A stretch of DNA of 64,000 bases from Cycas panzhihuaensis (taxonomy: Eukaryota > Plantae > Cycadophyta): NCBI GenBank assembly GCA_023213395.1, contig CM041465.1, positions 153,085,741-153,149,740 of the forward strand. Direction: 5' to 3'. Position 1 is the stretch's first letter; each line of letters opens with the position of its first letter. Of this stretch, positions 1 to 12,908 are shown piece after piece. Below the pieces are notes generated by a model that saw nothing but the letters and a program-made list of their open reading frames with translations, was not told the origin of the DNA and made no database searches. A program made the translations under genes and the position numbers.

Positions 1-1484
1 CAATGCCAAACACTTGGCGATCGCGGAGTCACATGTGGTCGTCCCCATCTTGAGGACTTCTACATGGACTTCAGGACGAAGTGCATTGACGAAAAGGTCT
101 CGCTTCAACTCCTCGGGCAATGTTGCCTTGGTGGAATGAAGCAAGTCATGGAATCGCCGCACAAAGTCACGATTCATCTCATCGTGGCCTTGTTTGAGCG
201 AAAGAAGCGACTTCATTCCACTCTCGAATGGACGGGCTACATCAAAATAGTTGATGAACTCATCCACCAATTGCTAGAATGAATGGATAGAATGGGCAGG
301 GAGATGGTAGAACCACTTGAGGGTGTCGCCCTGCAAGGATTGCAGGAATAGTTTCATTAAAATGTGGTCGTAAGCCCAGTATTTGATGCATGCCATAGAA
401 AAACTACGCACATGTTCCGCCGGGTCTTGCGACGAAGTTCCATCGAATCTAGGAACTTCAGGAGGATGAGGCGACAAGTTGGTTCGTAACGCCTCAACGG
501 AAAGAGGGGTTGACCTAAAGTCCATGAAGGGACGTGCCCTTACCTGGACCGTAGGATCAACGAACGTCGAAGTAGGTAACGCACAAGGAGCGGATGGAGG
601 TGGGACACCCATCCCTTCTTGAGGAAACGCCCCTTGCTGAAAAGAGGCATGGGGGTAGGTGCCTTGGAAGGGAGTCAGATTCCCTTGTGAAGGCACAATG
701 GATGGAATTGCATTGGATGACGGGCAAGAGGGATGTGGAACCGGGTTTTGCCCATATGGGCCACCCGTAGGTGAAGCGATCCCATATGGGTGTAGCGGAT
801 CCACCCCATAAACCGGAAGACGGCTTCCTCTACCCTACCCCCAAGGTTGAGAAGTATACCCTGGGGGAACGTAGAAGGAAGCACCAACGTGTTGGGTTCG
901 AGGATGCGCGGGAGCGGATCCCACATGGCTAGTAGTTGGAATGCTAGTAGGACCAGTGGGCCTACTAGGAGCAACACGTGCCACATTAGGGGATGGCACA
1001 TTGGTTTGATTAGGGACGGGTATGCTAACCTTCAATTGAGGGAAAGACACGCCATGGGGAGATCCTGAAACACTAGGACCTCCATGAGGAATGGAAGGCG
1101 CGACACGTGCCCCCACTGCAGGAATAGGAAGTGAGTGGGACACACGTGCAGGCACAAAGGGGTTCGTTGTCAAAGGAATGGTGGATGAGGACGAGGCATG
1201 CGGGGGAGGAGTGGAAGAGGAAGAGGCTCCTCCACGAAGGGCACCCTCAAGCCATCCAGGACACGGCTACAAGCGTGCCGCACGGCGACACTCATTGAGA
1301 GCTTCAACTACGTCAATAGGAGGGGTCCCCACATACTCGTAAGAGGTGATGGGGACCTCGAACAAAGTAGGTTCCTCAGAATACTCCTCATAAGAGTCGC
1401 CAACAGTGTGGTAAGCCTCAAGAGGAACGGATCCTTCTATGGCATAGGTGGAAGGATGGACATAAAGTGAGAGGTGTTGGTCAT
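1..1484 (-). pseudogene. gag of A1 (Pro/Ser-rich N-terminus plus retrotransposon gag core), frameshifted, with one in-frame stop
   Basis: ORF 274-804 reads PRFDGTSSQDPAEHVRSF...KLFLQSLQGDTLKWFYHLP. It continues past TAG at 274-276 into QLVDEFINYF...EELKRDLFVNALRPEV, homologous to ORF 51053-51280. The start position is approximate. Confidence 0.85.
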
Positions 1485-1846
1485 TTGGGTAATAAAGGGG
1501 TTTGTCACCCTCTTAGGTGGACCCAGGAATAGAAGAAGGAAAAGCATGGGTTTCCAAGGTTGAAGTATGATAGGCCCAATCAGAAGAGTATCCCTCCATA
1601 GTCAGATCGGAATCTGACAAAGGAAGAGGGTGATACTTAGGGTCTTCTAACGATGGAGATAAACCGCGCAAGCGACGAGAAAAGCGTCACATACTAGATC
1701 GACCAACAATGTTAGGGAAAGAGAGGGAACGACAAAATGCACGTGTTGGGGGCTGCCCAACGTAGAGATCGAAATAGGTGCAAAAGGATCACAAGAAGGT
1801 AGCGAAACCAACGGAAGAGAGCAGAAACTAGCTCCCTTACTGGCAG

Positions 1847-1864
1847 TCCCCAGTATGGTCACCA
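1847..1864 (-). other. Primer-binding site of A1, tRNA-Arg-like
   Basis: TGGTGACCATACTGGGGA lies 1 nt after the LTR-terminal CA, the same pattern as 53034-53051. It resembles the TGGCGAC...GGGGA PBS of Tat/Ogre elements. Confidence 0.75.
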
Positions 1865-1865
1865 G

Positions 1866-4443
1866 TGGACGCGCGTCTACAGGATGGCTACCCAACTGAT
1901 AGGAATGGTGAGAGTGGGTGGTGATACAACTGAAGGCAAAACCTATAAGTGAGATAACTACCACGCAGAGCGCCCCGTGCACCGGAGCGCGAGTTCGGGA
2001 TCTGCAATGGAGTATGGCTACTATCAAGTGATCCTTCACCACTTCGAGAAAAAGGGTGAAGATGCGTAAGATAGACCCGGGTTGACCTATGGACGGGATC
2101 CTCCCACCCTTGGGTGGCCGAAAGGGAAAGGAGAAGATCCAAGGAACACAAGTCAAAAGTACGCCTAAACAAGCTAACAAGCAACGAGCGAAGCGGGAGG
2201 CTTGTGCGGCTAAGAAGAGAAGAGGAAAGGTAGAGGAGAGGAGTTCCTATAACTTTCCCTATAGATAGTAAAAACACATACAACAAAGCGAATGAAATGT
2301 AACCACACACAAAGCTAAATTTCCCTTTTTACTCTTCTATGTGCTAATTACTAAGAAGGAATAAAAAAAGGGAAATAAGAGCGGTAGCAAAGCGAGGATA
2401 AAGCGTGCACCTGGACCGAGGGCGTGTATGATGAAGATCTCCTCGAAGGGCACCAAGCTACTCCACCCGGCGAGTTGAATGCGAGATGTTGTGGCGGATG
2501 AAAAGGGGGCTTCCTTACCTTCCCCGGAGAAGTGGATGCGATGCTAAAGGAAGGAAGGAAACAGAAGATAATGAAAAAAAAGAGAGCGCGAAAGCACAAT
2601 GGATACAAGGGAGCTTACCGGCAACGGGACCAATGGACGGTATCTTCCACGTCCCTCAAATACCTGCAAGTAAGGCAAACTCTTCCTCCCCAGAGGAAGG
2701 GCACCAACATGCAATACAAGATCCTAACGATACATATATATATATCCAAACAATGTAAATATGAATCTAAGTACTCATGCGTTAGTATCAATCCAACAAA
2801 GGAAGTGGATAAAAGAGAGTGACCCAAGTGAAAGTGAATGACCGGTGAGCCTCGGAGTGGCCCACCTCCCGCAAATGATGCCCTAACCACCCCTTAAGAG
2901 CCACAAGGCAGCGAGGGTAAGGCGGAGAGCAAGGGCTGGAAACGGTAACCAAGAGGCAAAGAGGTGCCAAGAGAAACCTACGGCAGGTCGGGGTGCTATG
3001 AGGAGCAAGCCGGGCGGCCGGGAGGAAAGCTAAGCAAAAACTAGCAGTTGGGACTTATGAGTGTTGCCCAAACCTGGGCAAAGGCCCCAAATCAAGATCG
3101 CAACTTGTGGTACTGGTTTGGGTGGCCAAAAGAGGGCCTACAAACCCTAGCTTCATGCCAAGGGCAACACAGAGTGAGAGGGAAGCTTTGGAGGGCTTAG
3201 AGCCGCTTAGAGAGCGTGGAAGGTGGTACGGAATCCACCTAGCTCCTATCCAAAGCCTATGCCAACCCTCAACGCTACTGCCTTGAATAGCAAACGCAGG
3301 CAAGAGGCTCAAAACAATAGCAAGACAGCCCACAAAAAGGGAAAGAACCCAACTCACATAAGTAAGCGAGGCGCAAGCAATATAAAGTATGAGTATTACA
3401 AGAAAAACCATGCAAAACATAAAGTACCTGAGTGAGGGAGGCAAGGGACTTGCCTCAGCTAAAGAGCAGCAAAGAGGGGCTGAGAAATCAGCCCAGATCT
3501 AAGGTAGAGCAAGTTTGAGACCTTGCTATTGAGGTTGGAAGGGAAACTCCTGCACTTGAAGCACTTAGGGCTTGCCTGAGCAAAGATCTACTGGAGCCAC
3601 TCCAAGGGGCCCTCTCCAAGGTGCATGAAGGGGCTGGGAGGATGTCCAAGCCACACCAAAGAGAGCAGGGCACTGGTGGAGAGATGCAGGTCCAGTAACA
3701 GCAGTAGAACAACAGGGAAGAGCAGAGCAGAATGTTATTTCCTTGAGAGCAAATCCAAAACTGAGCAAAAAGAATCCCCAAAAATGAGTCAAAAGTGGCT
3801 TAAATACTCAGACCAAACCCTAAAGCGAGCGATTAGGGCGCGGCTGGAAGAGAGTTAAGTCATAAGCCACGTGGCAGTTTCGCAATAAATGCGAAATTAC
3901 CATGGCGGATTTTTTAAAAACAATTTGAGATACGATCAAGAAATTCCCGCATCATGGATATTCCGACTGATGCCGAAAATCCTAGCTGTGACGCACTTGA
4001 GCCAAAAAGGGCCCACCCGGCCAGGCTAGGGGAAGATGACCGAAAGGGCTAATAGGAGACTAGAACACCTACCCAGGGGTACACAAGCTAACAAAAGGGG
4101 CTAAAGGAGCAAAAATAGGGCTCGACCAAGGTGGCAAGTTGACCAAACGATGACGGGTCATCACACGGGCAGAGGTGGCGCAAACCTAGTGAATCTTAAG
4201 GTGAAGAGGGCAGATGCGGGAAGTGAAGTGGCCACCAGGGTGCCACACTCGCTGGGAGTGTGCCCTTGCTATAGTCGTCATAGGCTAAAACGAGTATGAA
4301 CGACGGCAAGGTCGCCCACAGAGCCACACACATGCAGACATGCAAGCAAACACTAATCAAAAGAAAGCGATGATAATGCGAGAAACATACCTGCACTTAC
4401 CTGAGTCGGTGATTCCGTATCCATTCCCGGAAGCTGGGAAATA
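1866..4443 (-). repeat. 5' LTR of A1 (~2.58 kb)
   Basis: Both termini match the LTR at 14953-17841 and the PBS is adjacent. It contains a G-box GCCACGTGGC (~3866) and AAACCCTA telo-box-like motifs. Confidence 0.85.
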
Positions 4444-7400
4444 GTTTACAATATAATAATTTATATTTTCTTAGATCTCTATAGAGTCTACAAGTATAAT
4501 CAACCCAACTAATATTTGGAGCTATTACATTTGCATTTCAACAAATATTATTTATGATTTTAATTATTTTCTATTAGATTTTTTAGGTTTTACAAGGAAC
4601 CTAGATTTCTATAGCCTAGTGCACTCTCCATGGTGATCCAAAACATATCAAGCAACCACTTGTTTCGAGGCTCTCTAAGTTAGCTCTACAATAGATTTGA
4701 TGGATCTAAAAACTGTTACCCCTACGAGGAGATATCTCTCATGGAACCTTGGTTACTTAGTTTTGGCAATGAAACCCCATTGCTCTCCTTTCGTTTGCTT
4801 ATTTTTCTCATATTTTTTTGTTGTTTAACATTCAAGATTTGGGTGCAGGCCTAATATGAGGTAAACAAAGCTATCTTAGTTCTCTTTCACATCCTCTGTG
4901 GGCTCTATGACCTTTAGAGAGTTGTATGCCCTCCATAGTTATCTGGCATTAAAAAAACTTATTTTTGAATTATTTCTCTTAGCATCTTCTCTACAAGATC
5001 CTTTGTAGTCCTGTGGAAGCCCCTTTCATCGAATCTCAAGTTTATTTACCTCCTCTGTGAGTCGCACAAACTTCCTCTGCGTATGCGCATCCTCCATGAG
5101 CTCCTTGCATTCACATGGTTCATTCTCTGTCTATGATAGTTTGTTAACTATGAAGTTTGAGAGGTGTTTAGGCAGTAGCCTCATCTTACTCTCCCTAAAT
5201 TTTTGTCTCGATCCATCACTCTAATGAGTAGATCTGGTCTAATCTGTATTCTCCTCTTCGTGTTTTATTTTTCAAGATTAGCGAGAAACTCTTTATTTTA
5301 AACCATTGTAGCTCTTTATTTAACTATCAAAACTAGCACTTATGACTACTTATTCTATTTGTCTCTAAGTCATCTTACAAAAAAAGAAGACAGATCTAGA
5401 TTCGTCCATCCATTTGTGAGATATCTTCGTCAGATCGTGAGGTACTTTGCTCGTTTACGTCAAAAACTTGTGTAAGATTAAATTTGGATTTATTTTTTTA
5501 ATTTATTTTATTTTTTTTCTAAAGTTTAAGTTTAATTTAATTAAATTTAATAATTTTTGAGTTTTAGGTGTGTTAGCCTCCCTTTGGCCTTGGCCCCAAG
5601 TCTTATTTACTCCATATAACCTCATTTTTACAGATTTCAAATAACATTAAGGTATATTTTATAATTTTTTATTATTCAAAAACTATATTTCATATTCTAT
5701 ATAATTTGGATTCTTTTAACTCCCTTGGGCCTCTAGAGGTTAGTCATATTGACCCCCTAGGTGACCTAGGCTTATTGATCAAAGGGTCTTAACCCCCTTC
5801 CTTCTCTAGTTATGTGCCACAAAGAGGACCTTGGATATTTTCTTCAACAACTTGTGTTCTACAGCTCTATTTTTTGAACTATCAAAATCATTGGAAATAT
5901 TTTTCATTGTTCTACATATTAGAGCAGGTTTTGTCTCATTTTGATGCCATTTTATAGGTCTTTAAAATCATTAATATTGAGCCTCTGTTTTAATTCTAAT
6001 TAGATACATTCTTTGATATTTTGAGCTAAATTTCTCACTCTAACTTAATATATTTGATCATTATTTGTATACTAATTGATTATTAATAATATTTGCTTAG
6101 TTTTATAAGCTTACAAGTTGTTTTTCAGCTATTTAGTATTAATTTAGCTTCTTGAAGATTAGGAGCCCTATTTAGATCAAAATGATAAATTAGTACTCCT
6201 TACCATTACTATTCTCTTTCTTTAATATTTACATTTGAATTTAAAAGGATTTCTTTAAGGCCTTTAATCACCTTTAAAACTTCAAGATTGTACTTAGTTT
6301 TCATATAAATTTATAAAAGATCATCTCTTTATTTCATCTACACTATTTTAAGGAAATTTACTAGAAATTCCATATATCTTAAGGTTGTTGGTTCACTAAT
6401 TAAAGAATCGTTCTTATTTTCCTTAAAGCCATTATATTTTTAAATATTGATAAGTGCATTTTAGTACATAGTCATAAGCCATTTGTGGCTCCTTTATTCT
6501 TTTAAGGTTCATCTTATGTTAATCATTTCATTATATTTATAATTTTACTTCATAGTTCATCTCTTTAAAGCCTCATATATTTGTCATTACTTGAAGAGAC
6601 TATAAGTTGAACATTGATTATTATTTCAAAGTCTAGTGCTTTGCATTTGAATATTGAAAGCTTTATGCTTTTAGCTCATAATTTTAACTCCTTATTGATT
6701 CATTTAAATCTTGTAGTAAATGTGCATTTAGTTTTATTTCAACAAAGGTTATTTATATTATTTTTCAAGGAGCACACATTCATGACTTTGCATATTGTCT
6801 TTGATTTGAAAGGCTCATTTGATGGTTATTTACTCTTAATAAGATTTTAAAATTAAAGGACCATTTTTTCTCATTTTTAAGAAGCATTTCAAAGTTACAT
6901 TTAGTTATTGGAAGGTACATTAACTTATTTTAAAGTCTTATAAAGGTTACTTTACAAATAACATTTATTGAATCTAATTTGAAAGGACTATTTATTATTT
7001 ATTTGCCTCATTGTTTAAGGAGATATACCTCTTTTTCATTTCTCATTTCAGTATTGATTTCTCATTAGAGGTTATGATTTATTGATTGTAATGATAATGA
7101 ATGAAAATAACTTAAGGTTTTCCATATTTTATGGGACTAACTTTCACGTTTAGAAATATATTTTAAAAACCCATCTCATTGCAAATAATTTATGGCATTA
7201 TGTAAGTGATGGTTATCTTGAGAATAAACTTAATTTTAGAGAAAACTTTAAAAAAGATAATGAAACCTTAACTCTAATTTTTTCAACACTAAATGATGAT
7301 ATATTCACTAGTGTTGGTGATTTAACCATATCGAAATCAATTTGGGATATCCTAGACTCACTTTATGGGGGATAAATTTTAGATTTAAATAAATTTAATT

Positions 7401-10400
7401 ATATTGACGATGTATTTTTTATGAGACAGATGACAAAGCAAGTGTTAGTTAATGAAAAGTCTAATATTACATATAATGTTGAAGATTCCATTGAGACTAA
7501 TGATCACATTGCTACATTTGAGACTACATATATATTTGACCTTGTTGACTCTCATCAAAAGGACAAAGTTAAAGATGAAGACACTCATACTCATTTGAAG
7601 TAACTCACATCTACACTTAAACCATATTTTGTTAAAGACCACAAGAAAAGGATAATGATGCAAGTTGTTAACCACTTCAAAGATGATGAAGCCAAAGGAC
7701 ATGAGTACAATCACCTTGTCAAAGTATACCTAAAGTAATTGTACCATAAATTCAAAGAGAAACTAAAGAAGAAGTGATGAATATTAAGGAGGAGTATGTT
7801 CGGATTAATATCCCTTACTTAACTCCCACCTTGAGAACATGTGAGTGCACACATCCTCATGGTAAGTTAAGGTGAGATTATTTTAGTATGCATTATCATT
7901 ATTTTATATTATTTAAATTTGGAGGTCGAGGAGGATTCCCTCCTCGCTCCCAAGTATATATTTTATGGGGTTCAAAACCTTCGTGTTCTTTAACACCACC
8001 TTCATCAAAGGAATTTGTATGTACTCTCCTCAAAGATGGATCAATACAATGATACTTATAATATATACTATCAATATATCTTAAATGTTACTTTGATTTG
8101 TATGTCCACCTGCTCCACTCTGTTCTCCATACTCTTACAATTTGGAAGTTGCTCTCAATTGATAATCACCAAAATAAAAAATATTCTACTTAAAAATGGC
8201 TCTATTAATAATGTTTATTATATCCCAAGTTTATTCTCTAACCTTTCATTTATATATTAGATTTTTCAAAAGGATTTAGTAGTTAAATTTTAGAAAGATA
8301 GGTTTATAGTAAAATAACCCCTTAACAAATTTAAAGTTATTGCTTTTAGACTTATAAATCATAGAATTAGTTTATATAATCTATTTAATTTAACTAACTT
8401 AAGTGAAAATTCACATTTTCTTCATATATAACTGGTTTAACCCAATTAACAAACTTTGGCACACACTCTTTGGCCATATTACTTATTGTTAATTATATAT
8501 CCTTAATTAGCATAATATGTTTTATGGCTTACCTATACAATCTATAATATATAGAGTTTATCAAGCTTGTATTCTAAGAAAACAACACATGGATCTTTTT
8601 CTTGATAAATTTACCTTTAGGAGGAAACAACCCCTACAACTAATTCACTTTGATATATGTAGACCATTTCAAGACCTTTCCTACTTTGGAAATAGGTATT
8701 TCATTATTTTTATTAATGATATTTTTAGAAAATGTTGGATCTAGATGATCAAATGACATAGTGAAATATTTGATCAATTTCTTAAATTTAAAGCATTAAT
8801 AGAAATTGATCTAACTATATAATATAAATATTTAGAATGGACAATGTTAAGGAGTGATTAAATAACTAATTTATTTAATTTAGCTAAAAGAATGACATAA
8901 AGTTTTAATATTTAGTTGCTTACATACTGTAAAAAAATGGTGTCGCTAAAAGAAAATTTTGAACTTAAGTTAAAATGACTCAATATATATTATATTCCAA
9001 ATAATTAAATAAAAAATTACTATACAAGATCTCTTCAATAAGTTACCCACTAGAGCTATTGATAATATCACTCTTGAAGAGAAATAATCTAATAGAAGAC
9101 CTTCCATTAAACATTTAAAAGCTTTTATAAGTATTGCTTAAGCACATGTCCTAAAAGAAAATAAACAGAAACAAGATCTTAAAAGTTATAGTTTCATCTT
9201 CATGGGATATAATGAAGAAAGTAAGGATACAAACTTCTTGATCCTATCACTTATAATGTTTCCATCAAATCAGATGTCAAGTTTGATGAAAAAGGTTTAG
9301 TTCACATTCTATTAATGACTACGTTCACCTTCCCTTACTATTTGATAATACTCCTTAAGTCTTAATAGGACTTAACATCAACCTAAGACTGACTCTAGTG
9401 AAGAAATCTCTATTAAAGATGCAATAAATAATTTATAAAAATAAATTCAAATAGTTTCCATTAATGATCTTGGTTCTTGTACTAGTATAAGTTCACAAAC
9501 TTACAAGTAACTAATATGGGTATATAAAACCCTTATATTTACTAGTCTTGATGTTTTTTATCCTTCAAATACCCAAAGAATTAGGTCTAAATAGATATGG
9601 GCTAACTTCTCCCTTATGGCCAAAATTCTATCTCAATTGATCCATAAAGATTCAAAGAAGTGGAAGATAATATAGTATGGAAAGAAGCAATGAACATGAA
9701 GCAGTAATAAGAAATTTTACATGGGGCTTAGTCCCTCTTTGTCATGGAAAGAATCCAGTTAGATGCAAATGCATTTACTATACTAAGTACAACTCTCAAG
9801 GTGCCATTGAAAATCATATAGTTAGGTTAGTTATAAAAGGGTTTTTCTAGGTTGATAAGACTGATTACAATGAAACCTTTACACCTATTACCAAAATGAA
9901 CACCATTAAATCATTATCTCTTTAGTAGCCAAATTTGGTTGGGAAGTATATCATATGGATGTAAAAAATACCTTTCTAAATAATGACTTAATTTTTAAAA
10001 TCTATATGATTTAACTACCTAGTGTTGCTTTAGACCCTAACTTAGTATATAGACTTAAAATATCCTTTAATGGTCTCAAATAAACCCCTAATGTTTAATA
10101 TAAGAAGATTGAAAATTATCTTCCCCATAATGGATTTAGTAAATGTATTAGTGATCATATTTTATATTTAAAAAAATAAGGAAATAATATATTTTTTCTA
10201 ATTTTACATGTTGATGATATTATAATTACTAGCTTTTTACTTGCCAGAATTTCAACTTTAAAAAACTAACTTAATGTCAAATTTTGAAATGATTAACTTA
10301 GGACTACTATATTATTTCCTTGGACTTTTACTTTTCCAAATAAAATCAAGAATCTCTATCTCACAACCCAAATATATTTTAGATCTACTTAAAAGATTTA

Positions 10401-11400
10401 AACTAGAAACTTGTAAACTAGCATGAACTCCTCTTAAATCTAAAGTTAAACTTACTCTTAATTATATTTCTCCTTTGGTTGATATTACTTTATATTGGTA
10501 GTTAATTAGGAGTTTAATCTACTTAACTCATATAGGACCTAATATATCTTATATAGTTACTTTATATTCATGTTTTTTGCAAAAATCACATAACTCACAT
10601 TAGAAAGAAGCCAAGAGAATCTTATGCTACTTATAAGATACTATTTACTATGGCTTCAATTATAATTGTACTAACCTTAGTCTTTAACTAGCTAGTTTTA
10701 TAGACTTTGATTAGACTAGAGATAATAATGAATGAAAATCCACTACTATTTATGTTTTCTTTCTCAATTCTACACTAATCACTTTGATAAGTAAGAAAAT
10801 ATAGTTGCTTGCTCTTTCTACAATTAAGGCTGAATAGCATGCCTCAATTGAAATTATTAAAGAAGCCTTATGGATAAAATATGTCCTTAATAAAATTAGA
10901 TTTCTTCTTCATAATTATGTATTAATTAGTGTTGATAGTTAGGGTGTTATTTCTATTACTACTAATCATATTTATCATTGTAGGACTAAACACATTAAAC
11001 TTCATTAATATTTGGTTTATAACTTAGTCAACTGTAGCAATATTTAGCTCATGTATTGTTTTACAAATATGCAAGTTACAAGTATCATGTCCAAATATCT
11101 TATTAAAGTCAAGTTTATGAAGTTACAACTCCTAAAAGTTGAAGAAGCCTCCATCAAAGGAGGATCTATGTAATAACATCTTCTTTAGCTCTTACATTCC
11201 CTAAGTCAATATTAAAGGGGAATGTTATAATATTAAAATATTAATATATTATGTAATATTGTCTATTAAATTCGATTAAATAATCTTTAATATAAAGTTA
11301 ATTATTAAATTATTAAATTTTATTTTAATGTATTATTATAAGATAATTAGTAAATCTATTTATTTTCTATTACTTAAGTAATGGGTATATATTATTTATC
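4444..11400 (+). mobile_element. Old, heavily degenerate Ty1/copia element (5' LTR interrupted by A1, 3' LTR truncated)
   Basis: Domain order is INT-RT-RH. A decayed PBS-like TGGCATTAAA lies at 4944, and a PPT ATTAAAGGGGAA is followed by TGTT at 11223. The ends are approximate. Confidence 0.75.
7080..11140 (+). pseudogene. Degenerate copia gag-pol
   Basis: Gag-like stretch ~7100-7370; integrase QPLQLIHFDIC...RYFIIFIND (ORF 8517-8744); RT HMDVKNTFLN (~9950) and LHVDDIIIT (~10204); RNase H RTKHI (~10982). Stops are dense throughout. Confidence 0.85.
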
Positions 11401-11719
11401 TATTTCCTTATACAAAGTGGAGGATACCCATAACCTAAACAAATGTCATAACACAACACTCACACAATAATCAGCTCAAAGTGCAATCATATATATATCC
11501 TCGTGCATCCATGTAGCCTCATACACATACATAAATGTGTAAACAAAACATCATATCATCCATCACACATTATGATATACATCATCATATGCCAAAATGG
11601 AGTATCAATCACCTCATCTATATATATCAAAAATCATGTCTCATGTCTTATAAATGGTGTGGTACATCATCTATGGGAAGCTGATATCCTTGCAAGAGGG
11701 GTACAATCATGTGACTATA

Positions 11720-12908
11720 AATGGTGACCTCCTGGAGGCCTGTGCTTTCCCCTGTCCAAAACAAAATAGATACACTGCCCTACTGCTACCCTGCCTCTGA
11801 GGCATCATCTCCTAGTCGATGTGATCCCTCTCTTGGGGACCACATCCCTCTAAGACTCCTCCTCAGTCTCGACGAGCTCTCTGCCTTGCTCCCCTCATCC
11901 CATGGCCTCCTTGGGGTTGTCGCCATAGTATGGGTCTGTGTCCTGCTCTGTGTCAACCTCGATGCCATGTCCTCTATCAGCCGATTGTATCAAGCTTGGA
12001 TATGATCCCGCTCCATCTCTATGAGACAAAGCCTCTCCTCCATCCCCCAGAGTCGCTCCTCCATCACTGCTATCTAGATATGGCACCCCATATCCCCTCT
12101 GGCTCCTCCCTGAGCCTCTAGCACCTACACTTAACTCTGCAGAGCATCCCTCTCAGCTCGGATGGCATCCATCTTTTCCTGCTATTGTCTCGCACATACC
12201 TCATGCTCCTGGGACTCTGTAACCCATATATCTCTCGCCCTTATCAATGGGGCGAATGTTGCCATATGGCCACCTACCGATCTGGGCCCATCACTTGCCT
12301 GGATGCGAGGCTGCCCCTCCGTGTAGGCCCGAGGGAATACCTCTCAGACTACCACCTCCACCAGCCTCTGGATGTCTACCGTACCTACAAATCTAGCATA
12401 TCATATATCGGTACATGTCTATATGCTATTAAACCAAAATCAAACTATGTATGTATATCTAGCAATCAAACGACGACGGGAGAAGGTTATGTCTCACCTA
12501 GTGTAGCTGTTGGCTCTTCGACTCAGGCGACTGCCTCTCCCTCGGGCACTGTGCTAGCTGCAGGTACCTCCTCCTCCTCAGGTATCTCCTCTACTACTGC
12601 CTCAGCTACTGGGGTGGCCCTCCTGTCTGTGGCTGGCGTAGCCACCTCTTCGGACCTCCTGATGATCTGTAGCTTGCGGGCCCGTGTTATTGGGCCCCTG
12701 CTCTCTTTCGCAGCTCTTGATGGGCCTGCCTCTCCACCCGTAACCCCCGATGGGCCTGCCTCTCTACTTATAGCCCTCAATGGACCTGCTCCTCTGCCTG
12801 CAGCCCTTGATAGACCTGCCTCTCCCATAAGATCTCCCTATCCTCTCTTGTTATCATCTCTACAAAGTTGAGCATCACTATTCTGATATTCTCACGGTTC
12901 TCCACCAT
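11720..12908 (-). pseudogene. Antisense spliced accessory gene of A2, with the PMD core deleted
   Basis: Acceptor TTTATAG then ATG at 12908 gives MVENRENIRIVMLNFVE, homologous to 34160 IVENHKNINSSMIRFVE. It has an E/A/G/R-rich tail (ORF 12523-12828) and a GT-AG intron at 12497-12385. The last exon is homologous to 40725-41400. Confidence 0.7.

Larger units (their letters stand above)
1..4443 (-). mobile_element. Ty3/gypsy Tat-like LTR retrotransposon, family A copy A1 (5' LTR, PBS, gag; continues off the left edge)
   Basis: The minus strand starts TATTTCCCAGCT, matching the LTR start TGTTTCCCAGCT at 14953. The LTR ends ...GCGCGTCCA and is followed by a PBS and gag. It is CpG-rich relative to the other family A copies. 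Confidence 0.9.

Noticed and set aside
1392-1402. TGGCGACTC on the minus strand as the A1 PBS
   Set aside because: Not adjacent to an LTR end. The site at 1847-1864 follows the LTR terminus.
1486-4396. Many 60-177 aa ORFs in the A1 leader and LTR
   Set aside because: Overlapping low-complexity frames that are not preserved in the other family A LTRs.
12185-12871. 228-aa plus-strand ORF, the longest in the track
   Set aside because: It is the shadow frame of the GC-rich antisense gene, runs through that gene's intron, and has no domain.
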